Below, in pieces: positions 1 through 12,147 of a stretch of 64,000 nt of DNA. Made by a program: the position numbers and the translations under genes. The stretch lies in assembly GCF_035594765.1 (NCBI RefSeq), contig NC_085845.1, positions 21,818,024 through 21,882,023 of the forward strand, read 5' to 3'. This stretch comes from Anolis carolinensis. Its lineage: Eukaryota. How positions within the stretch are numbered: the stretch's first letter is position 1; each line of letters opens with the position of its first letter. Below the pieces are notes generated by a model. It worked only from the letters and a program-made list of their open reading frames with translations, made no database searches and was not told the DNA's origin.

Positions 1-1037
1 CCCTAAGCCCAGCAAATCTGGAGGGTTAACTGTTGGGACTAGTACTTGGATTTAGACAAACCATTATGGTAATTTCAAAAGAAGTTGAGTAGGAATGTGT
101 CTAAGAATTTGACAGTTCCTATGGTAGAACTATTGTTCCAGTTCCAAGACCAGTTCAAAGTGCTAGTCTGACCTATAAAGTGGGTAGTGGGGACAGGCAT
201 CAAAGACCTGAATACTATATTTCTCCGTATGAACCTACCCTGGCTCTCTGTGATCCTGGTAAGAAGACTTTTTCTCGGTCCCACCATCCTTTGTAGATAT
301 ACTTGGTGAAACACACAAAGAACCTAGGTTGTAGAATTCCATTCCAAGAGAGCCTGGAATGCTTTCCTTTGCTGGGACCGTTTCTTTTTTCCCCAGCTCA
401 GTAGCTTGCTAAATTGCTGCAAACTGTTTTTAATTTGTTTTTGTTTTATTATGCTAATTTGTTTAATTGTATCCTCATATTATGACATTGTTTTTAGTCA
501 CTTCTGCTTTTTAATCATCTAAGCTGCCTAGTGTCCCAGAATAGGGACAAAGGTAGGATATGAACAAATTAAATATGATAGATCAAAGGGGAGATCTCCA
601 GGGAAGATCTTCCTTTTCACTTACAGAGTTTGGAGTCACTAGAGATCCTCTAGGAAACCTAGATGGCACTCTTAGACTATTTATATCTTGCCTTTAAGAG
701 CACGGTCTATCAAGATGGCTCAGAAATTAAGAAACAAAACAAAGAAACTTTATGATAAAGCACATAACAATTAAGATCACTTTTATTAATTTTAAAAAAA
801 TTAGAATCAGTCCCAGATATTTTCAAACCAAATCTAATAATGATGAGATAGAGACTTGGAAAAGGGAAATTACACTGGGAAGGGGAATGCATAGTTACAA
901 GGCTCACTACTGAAAAGCTCTTTGGATTCAGTTAGGTTCAATTAAACTACATTAGATGCCACCACTAAATAAACTAAATGTTGGGGAAAATGTTTTTTTA
1001 GCTGCTTTGAGTCTTCTTGTTGGAGAGAAAAAGCTGG

Positions 1038-1038
<1 letters not shown>

Positions 1039-1091
<53 letters not shown>
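1039..1091. repeat. (ATT)n microsatellite, tail of an L2-like 3' end
   Basis: Pure ATT run preceded by an L2-type ...ctttgagtc...ggagagaaaaagctgggta tail. Confidence 0.9.
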
Positions 1092-1093
<2 letters not shown>

Positions 1094-1463
1094 ACCCTAG
1101 CCTCCCCTGGTGTGTAGTAGTCTAAGTGCAGGGGATTTAGGCAGGTTTTTGTGTTTTGTTTGTTTGTTTGTTTTTTTGCAAAGGGCAAATTTGGAAGGAG
1201 TAAACACGAAAATTGAGTTTTTGGCACCCTATTTTTGAAGTAATTTCACTTTCCCTCTGAAGAGAGAAGAGTGAGGTCAAGTTACCATATTTGCACAAAA
1301 TACCTACTAGTACTCACACAATTGTATCTAACAAAGTGGTCTCTGTTCACAAAAGGCATCACAAGACTGTTTGGAGTAGTAACACTGTTTCCTTCAGTAC
1401 TGTCAGATTTTAACATCCATCCCTATTTGTGTGCTCTATAACAAGAATGTTTATTGTTCTTAG

Positions 1464-1635
1464 GTTCCTATATACCAGAGGGTTTGATGATATCCTGTAC
1501 ATGGGACTATGTGACCTATTCTCCAGCAAATCGAAGTTATACTATGATGTTGTGTTGCTGCGTGTTCTTTATCCCCCTCGTCATCATCTTCCACTGCTAT
1601 ATATTCATGTTTCTGGCCATAAGAAGTACAGGCAG
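1464..1635 (+). CDS. OPN4x: Melanopsin OPN4x internal exon (ECL2-TM5)
   Basis: tag| acceptor at 1461-1463 and |gtaag donor at 1636. Encodes SYIPEGLMISCTWDYVTYSPANRSYTMMLCCCVFFIPLVIIFHCYIFMFLAIRSTG, with the E181-equivalent (GAG 1478-1480) and the ECL2 cysteine of rhabdomeric-type opsins. Confidence 0.96.
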
Positions 1636-1672
1636 GTAAGCAGAACCCTGAAAAAAACAGTATATTCTCCAG

Positions 1673-1813
1673 GGGCTCTTTCACAAAGCCATATAACCCA
1701 GAATATGAAGGCAGAAAACCCCACAATATCTGGATTATTTGAGTCCACACTGCCATATATTCCAGTTCAAAGCAGAAAATGTGGGATTTTATTCAACTGT
1801 GTGGAAAAGGCCC
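1673..1813. mobile_element. Short non-autonomous DNA transposon (Harbinger-like TIRs)
   Basis: Imperfect inverted ends GGGCTCTTTCACAAAG / CTGTGTGGAAAAGGCCC. Confidence 0.55.
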
Positions 1814-3010
1814 AAGACAGATATTCTGTTTTTGTTTGCTTTTACTTTCTATCATTTTATCTTAATGAGATGAGATTAAAACAAGGTAGTCATGTTAGTG
1901 GGATTTTCTTGTATTTTTGTTTGTTATAAATATTTCATCATCTTTTGTACTAATCAGTTGGATATTAACTATTGTAGTGGTACAAGAGCATAAAATGCAG
2001 GGTAAATCACTGTCAAACATACATTTTGGTGCCTTGCTAACTTGTCACCCTCTTTCCTATTGCATTTACAGTAGTCACTCCACATTTTCTGGGGTTAAAG
2101 GTGGAAAGTCCCTATGAAAGTCGAAAAAGCCCACATATAAGTAAAAATCACAAACATTTATCTATACAATCTGGTATAAGCTGACCATGGAATCATTCTG
2201 GAAGACCTATAAATGTCTAGCGAGAACATGCTTTTCTGTATAGGACAACATCAGAGGTAGTGGTAAATACAGTAATCTGTGAATAATTAAATCTGTGAAT
2301 GTTTAGCCCAAAATGTGTAGGGATGATTGTATTACTAGTAATGATCATCTTATATCAAATTCAGGATCATAGCCAGATTTGCTAGCATCTCTATCCCATG
2401 GTCAGCCTCTCTTCCATTTACAAGATAGCAGATAGGAGAAGGGAGTGGCAATGGATGCTGTTGGCTATGATGGCAGTGGAAAGCTAGCCAAGGTTCTGGA
2501 CTTATTTTCAGGGTAGGGTTAATACCTTGTGCAGCTTACCTAAAGTCAAAACTTGACTTTAAAACTTGACAGGATCAAAACTTGAACCAAATCCAACACC
2601 TTACTAACATTGAACGGAGCAGCTTCCACTGTGCAGCAAACAGCAGAGGGAATGGTTAGCAATGTTGAAAATAGGATGCCTGTTGTTCCTCTAACCCGGT
2701 GTTTTAGAATGAAGCTGCTTGCCATCAATTATCTTACCCCATTACAGAGAATTGAGGCAAAAGATGTTAACAGTGACTATAGCCACCTGATGCCAATCCA
2801 ATCTTTTGAATGCTGGGCTATAAAAAAATTGAAAGGAGGCTGGCATGGATCCCTGTGAGCATTGCACAAGTCATTAGCTTTGATACTAGCCCCGCCAAGC
2901 TAGATGCCAAAATTCTTACTAAAATACAATATTTACTCATACTTTCTTGTCTTTTCATTTCCTTTTCTATTTGATCTCTCTTATTTTATCTCTCTCTCTC
3001 TCCATCACAG

Positions 3011-3169
3011 GAATGTTCAAAAACTGGGTTCAACCTATAACCGGAAATCCTCTATTTCACACTCTATAAAGAGTGAATGGAAGCTTGCAAAAATTGCCTT
3101 TGTGGCCATTGTGGTGTTCGTCTTGTCCTGGTCTCCATATGCTTGTGTTACTCTAATTTCATGGGCAGG
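3011..3169 (+). CDS. OPN4x: Melanopsin OPN4x internal exon (ICL3-TM6)
   Basis: cag| acceptor and |gtaagt donor, in phase with both neighbours. Encodes RNVQKLGSTYNRKSSISHSIKSEWKLAKIAFVAIVVFVLSWSPYACVTLISWAG (EWKLAK and SWSPY motifs). Confidence 0.96.
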
Positions 3170-3822
3170 GTAAGTATTCAGCCACAAATGAGATTATCTT
3201 GGTCAAAAGTAGATAAAAAGAGGTGGGACAATATCAATCCAGTGGAACTTTGGTCCCTTTGAGAAATGTAGGAAAAATCCTTTCTGCCTTAGCTTGCATT
3301 CTGAACGATACTTAACTATAATACAGACACAAAATTGTTGTTGTTTTTCCCAGCTTAGCACCCAAGATAGATTTCACAAATATAATTAAAAATTAACATA
3401 AACCATTAAAATTCAAAAGAACAACACATAGAAATTTCAGCAAATCATTCAAGGCCCATCTACAAAATCACTTCCTTGGTGTATCAAAACAGAAAAGTTT
3501 TCATCATTTAACAGAAAGAGTCCAGATGCCAGTGTAATCTTTCCCATGTTCCTACCAGATGTACCTATGAAAGTGGTGAGAGAGGGGCTTCCCCTATAGA
3601 TCTTAAAACAGGAGCAGATTCATAAGGGAGAATATAGTATTTATAGGTCAAAACCAGCACTTCAATTTGTGCCCAGAAGCAATCTCCTTCCAGAGTTATA
3701 TTTCCACCAAGAAAATGGAATCCGGTGCTAATTCACATTTCAGAAGAATAGACACATCCAAAGAATTCTATGCCTAGCTAACAAAAGTTTCATGAATATA
3801 ATTTTCTTGTTCTTATTTCCAG

Positions 3823-3930
3823 TTACGCCAGGACCTTAACTCCGTATTCTAAATCTGTGCCTGCTGTTATTGCCAAAGCTTCTGCAATCTACAATCCCAT
3901 AATCTATGCAATCATTCACCCAAGATACAG
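3823..3930 (+). CDS. OPN4x: Melanopsin OPN4x internal exon (TM7, retinal-binding lysine)
   Basis: ttccag| acceptor and |gtacag donor, 108 bp. Encodes YARTLTPYSKSVPAVIAKASAIYNPIIYAIIHPRY: Schiff-base Lys (AAA 3875-3877), NPxxY and the HPR motif. Not in the supplied ORF track. Confidence 0.97.
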
Positions 3931-6236
3931 GTACAGTGAATGCAACCTTATGGCAGTGACTTTAATGAGATGTATGTTTCTTTAAGTGAATTTACCATTG
4001 AAAATACCTTCACCATTAACAAGAGAACAGACTTATGTTGTCTCAATGGCTGTTGCCTAATAAATGAGGATTGGGAGGAATGGGCTGGGAGATACTACTT
4101 AGCTATGCCTCTAGTGTAGTTAAGTATCTAAGTAAGTGATGTAGAATCTTAGCTACTGTCTGCATGTGATTTTGATTTTTCTTAATCTATGCAATAGTCT
4201 GCAACCAAGCTTTAATCTTGCTACAGCTCAAAGAGTTCATAGACTTCTCACCCTTGTCCTGCCTTATGTCAGTACTCTGCAATCAGCTTTCATAGCTCTT
4301 TGGCTGGACAGGTGTCCTTGAAACTGTGAACGTCTGAACATACATTATCAAATTGTATTGACACTGAAAAGAGAGATCCACTAATAGTGACTGACAGGTC
4401 TGAGTCCCAGGATCGTTGCTGTGTGCCAATTATGTCTGAACATCATAAAAGCACTGCAGCATATTATAGTTGAAAGGGAGAAATGATGTTTATGTTCATG
4501 TTCGTACATAAATCCTATCTCTAACAATTCCCTATCGCTTTGACAAAGGCCTTACTGGGCTAGGTAATGCCAGCTTTTGTTTTATTCTTGCCATCATTGA
4601 TTCTGTTTAGTCTCAGATCTATTAATCTCAGAGAAGTGTTGAGCACATTCACTTCCTATTTACATCATGGTTTATCTCCAAGGCTAAGATGAAAGCAAGC
4701 ATGAAAGCTTAACAAAATATGGAAGAGAATGTGTTTCCCATCAGACCAGAACGCTATGACAAATAGCAAAGTGTTCAGTTCATTGTCCTTTGATCCCATC
4801 TTTTTTACTTGTGGCAATGAAAATTGGAAAGGCTTTTCTGCAATTTTCAGTGAGTGTTCATTAGGATATTAGAAATTCAGATTGCTTTTATCATCTAACG
4901 TATTTATAATTTAGTTTCTGTAGGTAATTCAAAACAAAAGTTAAATAATTGTTTTTACAATCTGGAATATAAAAAATAAAAATGACTTTGTACTTCTTCT
5001 TCTTTAGTAGAAGGATCGGTTTTGTGTTCGACAGAATTTGTATAAGAAAGAGAAAATCTGAATTTTTCACAAGTTTTCCAAAACTTTCGTTTATCAATAG
5101 CAAAATTGTCAAAATAGCAATAGTTGCCAAAATAGCAATAGTTAGACTAAAGCACACATAACTACACTGTGGATCCTGATTGGTGCATAAATTACTGATT
5201 TTAGGAAATTAAATGCTGTACATTTAAAAAAGTTTGATATGTGACTTTACCACAAGGTGGCAGCATAAACTATCAGTGGCTTTATCAACATACAGATAAT
5301 TAACCTTTATAATTATAATTGGCTTATCAGAAAGACAATCTTAGAAAGCAGTATAAATCTTATAGCATTGTGTTATAGATACAGATACAGCTGACAGATT
5401 TTTTTCATTTGCTTGGATTTTTTTTCACTTACCTTCCTTTTCCCCTCTTGGTTCTTCAACACTGCAGCCTAAGGTAAAATATGAGGAATTTGGGCCATTT
5501 GCCTCTTCTTTGGGTCTCTGTTGCTCCAATATAGTAAACCTTCCACTCACTTCATTCATAAAAAGGCAAACATCTATATAACAATCAAGGTGGAATCCAG
5601 TAATAAATCTGGAAAGCTAGGCCCACATCATTATTGTTTTCAAAGATGATCAAAAAGAGATTCCAAAAGTGCAGGTAGCTGTGTTTGATCAGCATTTTAA
5701 AAATACCCAGTTTCTAGCAGTTTCCATCCATCACAGGTAGGCACTTTCTAAATCTAATGGGTTTTTCTAATACATAGCTATGCTTCTTCAACACACTACT
5801 AACATTGTAGACAAGAGTCCTAGTTCATATACATTATATGGGAAAATTTATTTGTCATGAGCAACTGTGGGGTGTGTGGGATTTACCAAAGAATTACAAC
5901 CACAGAAGTATTTGTGGTGGCAAGTACATCACTGCTACAATTTTTGAATTAGATTTTCACAATAAAAAGAACCCCTGTGTAAATGTCACTGTCCTAAACC
6001 TTGAAAAAGTGGCTTTTAATGGCAACTTCCAGAATCGCTCAGTAAGCATGACTAGTGGAAGGTTCAAGGAGCTGTAGTCCAAACCATACTTTTCCCAAGC
6101 TTTGGTTCGCTCTTATGAGATATGAGTAAAGGCACATAAAAATATATATAATACAATCGATTCTCTAATCTCTCCAGCAACTGTACTGTCTTATGTAAAT
6201 TTTGAGTTACTCTTTGTTATTTCTTATGCTTTACAG

Positions 6237-6411
6237 AAGAACCATTCGAAGTGCTGTTCCTTGCTTGAGATTTCTTATACCGATATCTAAAAGTGATCTT
6301 TCAACAAGTTCTATGAGTGAGTCATCGTTCCGGGCTTCTGTATCTAGCCGTCACTCTTTCAGCTACAGGAACAAGAGCACTTACATTTCCTCCATTTCTG
6401 CTAAAGAAACA
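6237..6411 (+). CDS. OPN4x: Melanopsin OPN4x exon (helix 8 and Ser/Thr-rich C-tail)
   Basis: tacag| acceptor and |gtaagt donor. Encodes RRTIRSAVPCLRFLIPISKSDLSTSSMSESSFRASVSSRHSFSYRNKSTYISSISAKET. Confidence 0.94.
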
Positions 6412-6597
6412 GTAAGTTTGGTTTCCATTAAGGTGGGGTGTCAAAATCATGTGCAGAATAAATGTTGCAGAAAGGCAATTCTCATAAGTTCTATCTAGCC
6501 TAGCCTAGCCAGTGCTAATGAATGATGGGAGCTACAGTCCAAAAAATACGGAAAGTTAAAAAGGTTAAAACTATACAATCCTAAAGGCCCCGACTCC

Positions 6598-6761
6598 CAG
6601 CAGTGTTGAGTGTTGGACCTAGGAGACCGGGGTTTGATTCTCCTTTCAGCCACGAATTTTGAGCAAGACATATTCTCTTAGCCTCAGAGGAAGGCAATAA
6701 ATATTGTCAAAAAAACTTAACAATAGGATCACCATAAGCCAGAGACACATAAAAACAACAA
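6598..6761 (+). mobile_element. Old tRNA-head SINE with RTE-type tail
   Basis: B-box-like GGTTTGATTCT, body ctcttagcctcagaggaaggcaa, (caa) tail. Related copies at about 53575-53795 (+), 58708-58910 (+), 40540-40745 (-), 54160-54340 (-) and 13990-14170 (-). Confidence 0.65.
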
Positions 6762-7552
6762 AAAGTAAATTCCATATAAAAACTGGTGCTGGCGTAGTTC
6801 TCTAATGTGGGCAAGTTTTGTTCTTTGCTTGCCTATATTAACTCTTCCAGAAACAAAAATACACGCAACTTGTCTAGAACATAGTTGTGGTTACTATATA
6901 CCTTCAAGTCATTTCCTGCCAATGGCAACCCTAAGGTGGCCCTATTAAGGTTTTTTCTTGGCAAGATTGGTTCCTTAACCCAGAATTTATTTCAGATGTT
7001 TCTCCAATGCACAAAGCAATCTCCCTGTAGGAATATCCCTGTAGGAACACTTGACATTTTATTCCTCTGTATGAAAAGCTTCAAGTGCTTCTGATTAAAC
7101 TAAATGGGCAGGTCAGGAACACATGTGTACATATAGGTCACAGTGGATGCCATGCAGATGCCCAGATGCTTTTGGACTAAAACTCACCATTCACTATACT
7201 AGCTAAGGTTTGCAGTCCAACAATCTCCGCCCCTGTTTACCTGAAGAAAATATAATGCCTATCCCTGCACATCTGTTGATGTTGCTGCATTTCAGGGTTT
7301 GTTTTCGTTTTGTTTTTAGCAAGCAGAAATCAAAAACCAGGTGAGTAATGGATAATAACTGGAGGGCAGGACCTTATGGCCTGTTCTTTACAGTCTAAAT
7401 TAGTCTGCTGCCTTCATTGCCAACCTGGTTAGATTCTCTAGATATAGTGAGTGGGAGATCATATGTAGTGGTACTCAGCCAGCAAAAGCTAGTCACTTAT
7501 CTACAATGGTTCATCTCATCTTGACAACTGGTGAGAGAAGTATGTCCAAGTA

Positions 7553-8500
7553 TAGGCTGAGTATCTCTTATCTGAAATGATTAGATCTGGAAGTGTTTTG
7601 GATATTTTAATGTTTTTCTCTACATATGTGGTTTTGATTTGATTATTCATATATTTGATTAAAATGTTCTCTCTAGGAATCTCTAGGACCACCATAGTGA
7701 TCCCATGATCAGCTTTCCACAGTCATGCTGAAGGACTCAGAGATTTCTAGACAGAACACTTGTGTAAGCATCTCTAGTTTCTCCAATGTGATTCAGTGAT
7801 CAGCTTCCATCAGAGGTTGACCATAGAGACATGCTGGAAGATCTCAAAGTTCCTAGAGAACTGTTCTCTCATGTAAAACAAAATAGCTTTAAAGGAATAA
7901 AAATGTCTTTATTAACAGTTTTTCTCTTTTATGGGTATCATTTGCTTCTAACCACAGCAAGCAGAGGGCCAATTATACCTTGTACATCTCATTATGTCTT
8001 AACTTGGAATGCATTTCTATTTCATATACACTTTATATACACTGCACAAAAGCCATTTTAAGTGTTCCCTCACTACTTCGCAGTTCGCTTTTTGCGGACT
8101 CGCTGTTTCGTGATTTTTTAATAGACACTAAAATAATATTATAAATCCCTCTATCTACTTCCTTCCTAAGGAGAAGCCTAACGAAGGAAGGAAATAGAAG
8201 CCGAAGGGAGAGAAAAGGAGGCTGAAGCAGCTTTGTTTTTTCCTCACAAGGCAGCAGCAGCGGCGGGAACATCCCTATATAGCATCCAAATATAGCGTCC
8301 CTACTTCGTGGATTTTCACTTATTGTGGGTGGCCGTGGAATGTAACCCCGGTGATAAGTGAGGGAACACTGTATAATATTTTAATAATTTTGAGCAGGAA
8401 ACAAAGTTTGCATACATCAGAATACAAAAAGGTCACCCATGTGGACACTTTCTGAATATTTCAGATATTGGAATTCAAGATAAGAGATGTTCAATCTTTA
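7553..8500. mobile_element. Old Tc1/mariner (Tigger-like) MITE with nested insertions
   Basis: Ends (t)AGGCTGAGTATCTCTTATC / GATAAGAGATGTTCAATCT. Same family as 12877-13137 and 45002-45331. Interrupted by a ctctaggaatctctagg-family fragment (~7670-7950) and by the MITE at 8060-8371. Confidence 0.6.
8060..8371. mobile_element. Tc1/mariner-type MITE (TIR CAGTGTTCCCTCAC)
   Basis: TIRs AGTGTTCCCTCACT / AGTGAGGGAACACTG with TA flanks. Homologous, in opposite orientation, to 54547-54886. Confidence 0.85.
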
Positions 8501-9269
8501 GTTTCCACTGCCAAACCAATTTGCAGTAATAATTATGGGATGCCTGAACAATAACCAGAAAGGAAACAATTAGGCATTTGCCTATTTTTTGTCTGTCTTT
8601 CTAAAATCTTACTCAGAAGTCTTTTCTAAATTAAAAATATATTTTCAGATGTGTTAAAGTACTCTTCATGACATTTCATGAGTCTGTTTAAAACATACTC
8701 TCTTTCAACCCAATGGATGTTTAATAGTTTTCTCATTTTTCTATCATCGCTTGTAGTATGCCAGAAAACCGATTGAATCTGACGTCTTATTTCCATGTAT
8801 TTGGAAGTATGCCTTTTTGAACCATGTGGACTGTGATTTTGAGTGTATAGATTTGTTTGTGCTGTTTTGTTGTTATTGTTGTTATTCCCAATCCCAACTA
8901 GAGTAGATCCATTGAACCAATGATTTATTAAATCAACCTTTATGTACATCCAACTAAATCAGTGGAATTTTCATGGAAATTGGTTTAACAGACACTAACT
9001 GATCCCATGTTTTTGTGTTAGGTGGACCTAGCAGTTGGATGTAGACCATTGCTTTCTAAGCCAAGCATCCCATGTTCTTCCTATTGGAAGAAAGTTTGTA
9101 GCTCAGTTTAGACACTTAAGATCCTTAGACACCTGATGACAGTAGCCAAAAGTGGCCCAAATGCTCTAATTCAGCACAAGGCAGCTTCCTCTATTTCTAT
9201 CAGTTATCACTTATGATATAAGTCAGTGTTCCCACTTGTTGCTAAGAAGTACGTGCTAAGAAGTATGCA

Positions 9270-9465
9270 GAGATGTAGTCATGTTAGTGTGCCTCAATAT
9301 GCAAATTGATTTTATAGCATATTTCAGATCAACTGAGAGAAATAAGTTTGTAGTGCAAGTTTTTATAGGCTGGGTTTACTTGCACCTGATAAAGTAAACC
9401 TAGTCTATGAAAGCTTATGCTACAAACTTCTTTTTCTCAGCCTCAATGGTGCGACAAGAGCTCTT
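9270..9465. mobile_element. Degenerate Penelope-like inverted-terminus remnant
   Basis: Fold-back arrangement centred near 9385, with a CTGATAA...GAAAGCTTATGC hammerhead-like relic and a ggtgcgacaagagctc tail. Confidence 0.6.
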
Positions 9466-9860
9466 CAGGAAGCATGCCAAAAAGTCTAAATTGACATTTG
9501 TTGTTTGGGCTGTACTTTTGAATTTCCTACATCCAAAGAGAAACACATAATTATTTTTAAGAAGAATTAATGTAGTGATATGCTGAAGCCATTCAATACT
9601 GCAATGAAAATATGATTCTCTGATGTACGAATTTTATTCTACCCCTATTTAGTTATAGTTGACTTCAGTGTTCTGTTGTAGTCCTTCTTCTTAAAGGTAA
9701 CTCTATAGGCTCTTGGCATGATGTTGAACTCTCCAAGTCACTGGTTCTGTGCTTCCCTGGTTACTAGTTCATGATCAGTTGTTCAATCACAGTACAAAAA
9801 ATAGTGCCAACATTACTGTATCTCAGTTGTTTACTTTAATAATCATTTCATTTTTTTTAG

Positions 9861-10013
9861 ACTTGGTGTGATGTAGAGCTTGACCCTGTTGAGTCAGGCC
9901 ACAAGAAGTTGCAAGCCTACCGAAGTAATTCTTTTTCAGCCAAAGGAGTAGCAGAAGAAGAGAGTGGGTTGCTTCTCAGAACAAATAACTGCAATGTGCC
10001 AGCAAGAAAAAAG
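9861..10013 (+). CDS. OPN4x: Melanopsin OPN4x C-tail exon
   Basis: tttttttag| acceptor, phase 0, 51 codons: TWCDVELDPVESGHKKLQAYRSNSFSAKGVAEEESGLLLRTNNCNVPARKK (melanopsin W-x-D-V-E motif). Weak donor AAG|gttaaa. Confidence 0.9.
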
Positions 10014-10793
10014 GTTAAAAACAGCATCAGTTTCTAATATTCCTTATAATAAAGGGGCAAATCCTTCTTGATTTATGCCTGTATGTTATCATTGTTTTTT
10101 GCCATTATAGATCTGTATTTTATGTTGAAATTAGTTTAAGACATGGTTTTGTCTTGTCCTGCCCAAAAGAATAAGAGAAATATCCCATCTGATAATTTCT
10201 GCATAATACAACTCTGGTCACAACAATGAGCCATTTGCTCCGGGTATTTTCCTCTTCCCCACCTCAGTATTACATCACCTCCATCTGCTTTAATCTCACT
10301 TCAAAAACTGACACAAAATCGTGGGCTCAACCTTTAAAAAAATAAAATATCTTGTCTTTGAGGAGGAAGATGAGAAAGACATTCCCATTTCCTACTAACA
10401 ATGGGAGACCTTTGGCATGAAACTTTAGATGGTGAGTACTGACTGCATCCTTTGCTGATGCAGAAGAGGACTGGTGGCCAGTTGGCCACAAGTTCAGTGT
10501 CATTATCAGAAGGCTTCCTTTCCCCAATATGGAAGCTTCAGGTAATGACATTAATAAATACACCCCCTATAAATCCAATTTGGATAATGCTGTAGTAAAT
10601 AATGCTGCACAGCCAGTAGTCAAACTACTGATGGCCCTAGAAGCCACTAAAGCTTTTAATTCAGAGTCTGTTCCTTAATTCAGGGATTAGAGATAGTTGG
10701 TATGTAAAACACATGGCAACTCAGGAAGAAAGTGTGATTCTTGCTGAAGAAGTTTGTGGAATGTTAATTTTCTCCTTCTACCTTTCTCCATAG

Positions 10794-11192
10794 GTTGCTC
10801 TGTCATCCATCAGTCTAGAAGAATCACATGCACAATCCTTTGGAGGGAACAGCTCAGAACTGTTGCTCCTAAGCAGTTCCTTGAAAACATCTTCTCTTCC
10901 ATTTGGCTTGAATGGTAGCAGCACAGGAGAAAGTACTGATACTTCTCAATTGGAAGGCCAAGAAAACCAAATAAATGGAAGCCTGGACTCCTTCACAAGC
11001 CCTATTCTTCCACAAATTATTATAATTCCTACCTCAGAGACCAATCTCTCTGAGGGGCAAGCAGAACCAGAAAATGCACAAGATGAAAATATAGATTTAT
11101 TTTTTTCTCAAGGGAAGAACCACCTCCTGGACATAGGAAGGCTTAGTTCCTCTACTGAACTCCTTGAAGCAATTGAGAAGCTTCTGTCATAA
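10794..11192 (+). CDS. OPN4x: Melanopsin OPN4x terminal coding exon (long C-terminus)
   Basis: Strong polypyrimidine tract and catag| acceptor. Phase-0 open frame VALSSISLEE...ILPQIIIIPTSETN...LSSSTELLEAIEKLLS*, TAA at 11190-11192. Confidence 0.88.
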   Translation, partial: VALSSISLEESHAQSFGGNSSELLLLSSSLKTSSLPFGLNGSSTGESTDTSQLEGQENQINGSLDSFTSPILPQIIIIPTSETNLSEGQAEPENAQDENIDLFFSQGKNHLLDIGRLSSSTELLEAIEKLLS

Positions 11193-11843
11193 ATACAGAA
11201 GACAGCAATGATCTGATTTGGCTGCTTCTTTGCATTAATATACCAAAAACAAACTGAAAGAGCCTTGTAGATTAAACAGAGAACTTTTATATATTTTTAC
11301 ACAGTCTATAGGACGTTCCTGAATTTTGCAGAAGTCAACTACAGTAATAGATGCTGAAAGCCCAAAGTATACATAGCTTAAGTAATAAGAGTCTGCCACT
11401 CAAACTGCCTAGTACTTCACAACATATGTATTTGGAACAGATCTTTCAGACATTGATAAATCATGAGTATTGTCATTTTTGGAATGTCAAATAAGGATAT
11501 GCTCTGACATTGTCTACAAATGCCAAAACTAGTTCATGAAAGATGTTTGGAAATGTACCTCACTCCATGTTTCTAAACATGCCATCTCTAGTAGTTGATC
11601 CACTCCCCATTTTATTATCCAGGTGGAAGATTATGAATGCAAGCAGATATGGTTGAAGAATACAACATGCCATTGCTTAGCAACCAGGATGTTATGAACT
11701 TAGCAACAATGGGCTATTTGTCATCCAATTTCTGAGGCTGTGACTAGAAGAAGGAAGAATGGCTATAGAAAGAGAATAGGTAGACCTTGGGTAGTCACTG
11801 GAAATAACCTATTTAGCACAAAGCTCCTAGCTTGTCACTGGAT

Positions 11844-12147
11844 AATAAACCTAGTCTGATAGAATTGCTGCCAAGAAGGAAAAGTATGTAACTATATACA
11901 GGCAATATATAGTTTAAAACCTCTCATATCTACAAATAAAAATCACTGATACTTAAATGCTTCTTTTTCCTTAGCAGAAATAAGGGAAAGTAGAACTTCA
12001 GCAAAACCAGTGCAGTCTCCAAACCCAATGGAATACTAACACTAGTTGGGGGGGGGGGATCTTAGATTGTGGTTCACAGTATGTGGGAGCAGTAATGAAC
12101 TCACTGTTGAATTCTCACTTAAGGCTTTATTCACTAATGACAATAAA
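11844..12147 (+). terminator. Candidate OPN4x polyadenylation signals
   Basis: AATAAA at 11844, 11935 and 12142 downstream of the stop codon. Sequence alone cannot show which is used. Confidence 0.35.

Noticed and set aside
952-1227. ORFs with poly-Ile, poly-Asn or poly-Val tracts (also 23850-24218 and 34216-34467)
   Set aside because: They are translations of (ATT)n and (AAC)n microsatellites.
1429-1929. 166-aa ORF overlapping the first OPN4x exon
   Set aside because: It is out of frame with the opsin and runs through intron and MITE sequence. The real exon is 1464-1635.
5107-5143. Short tandem duplications (also ~9240, 17820, 19906, 51290, 63206)
   Set aside because: Ordinary 11-20-bp slippage duplications with no higher-order array structure.
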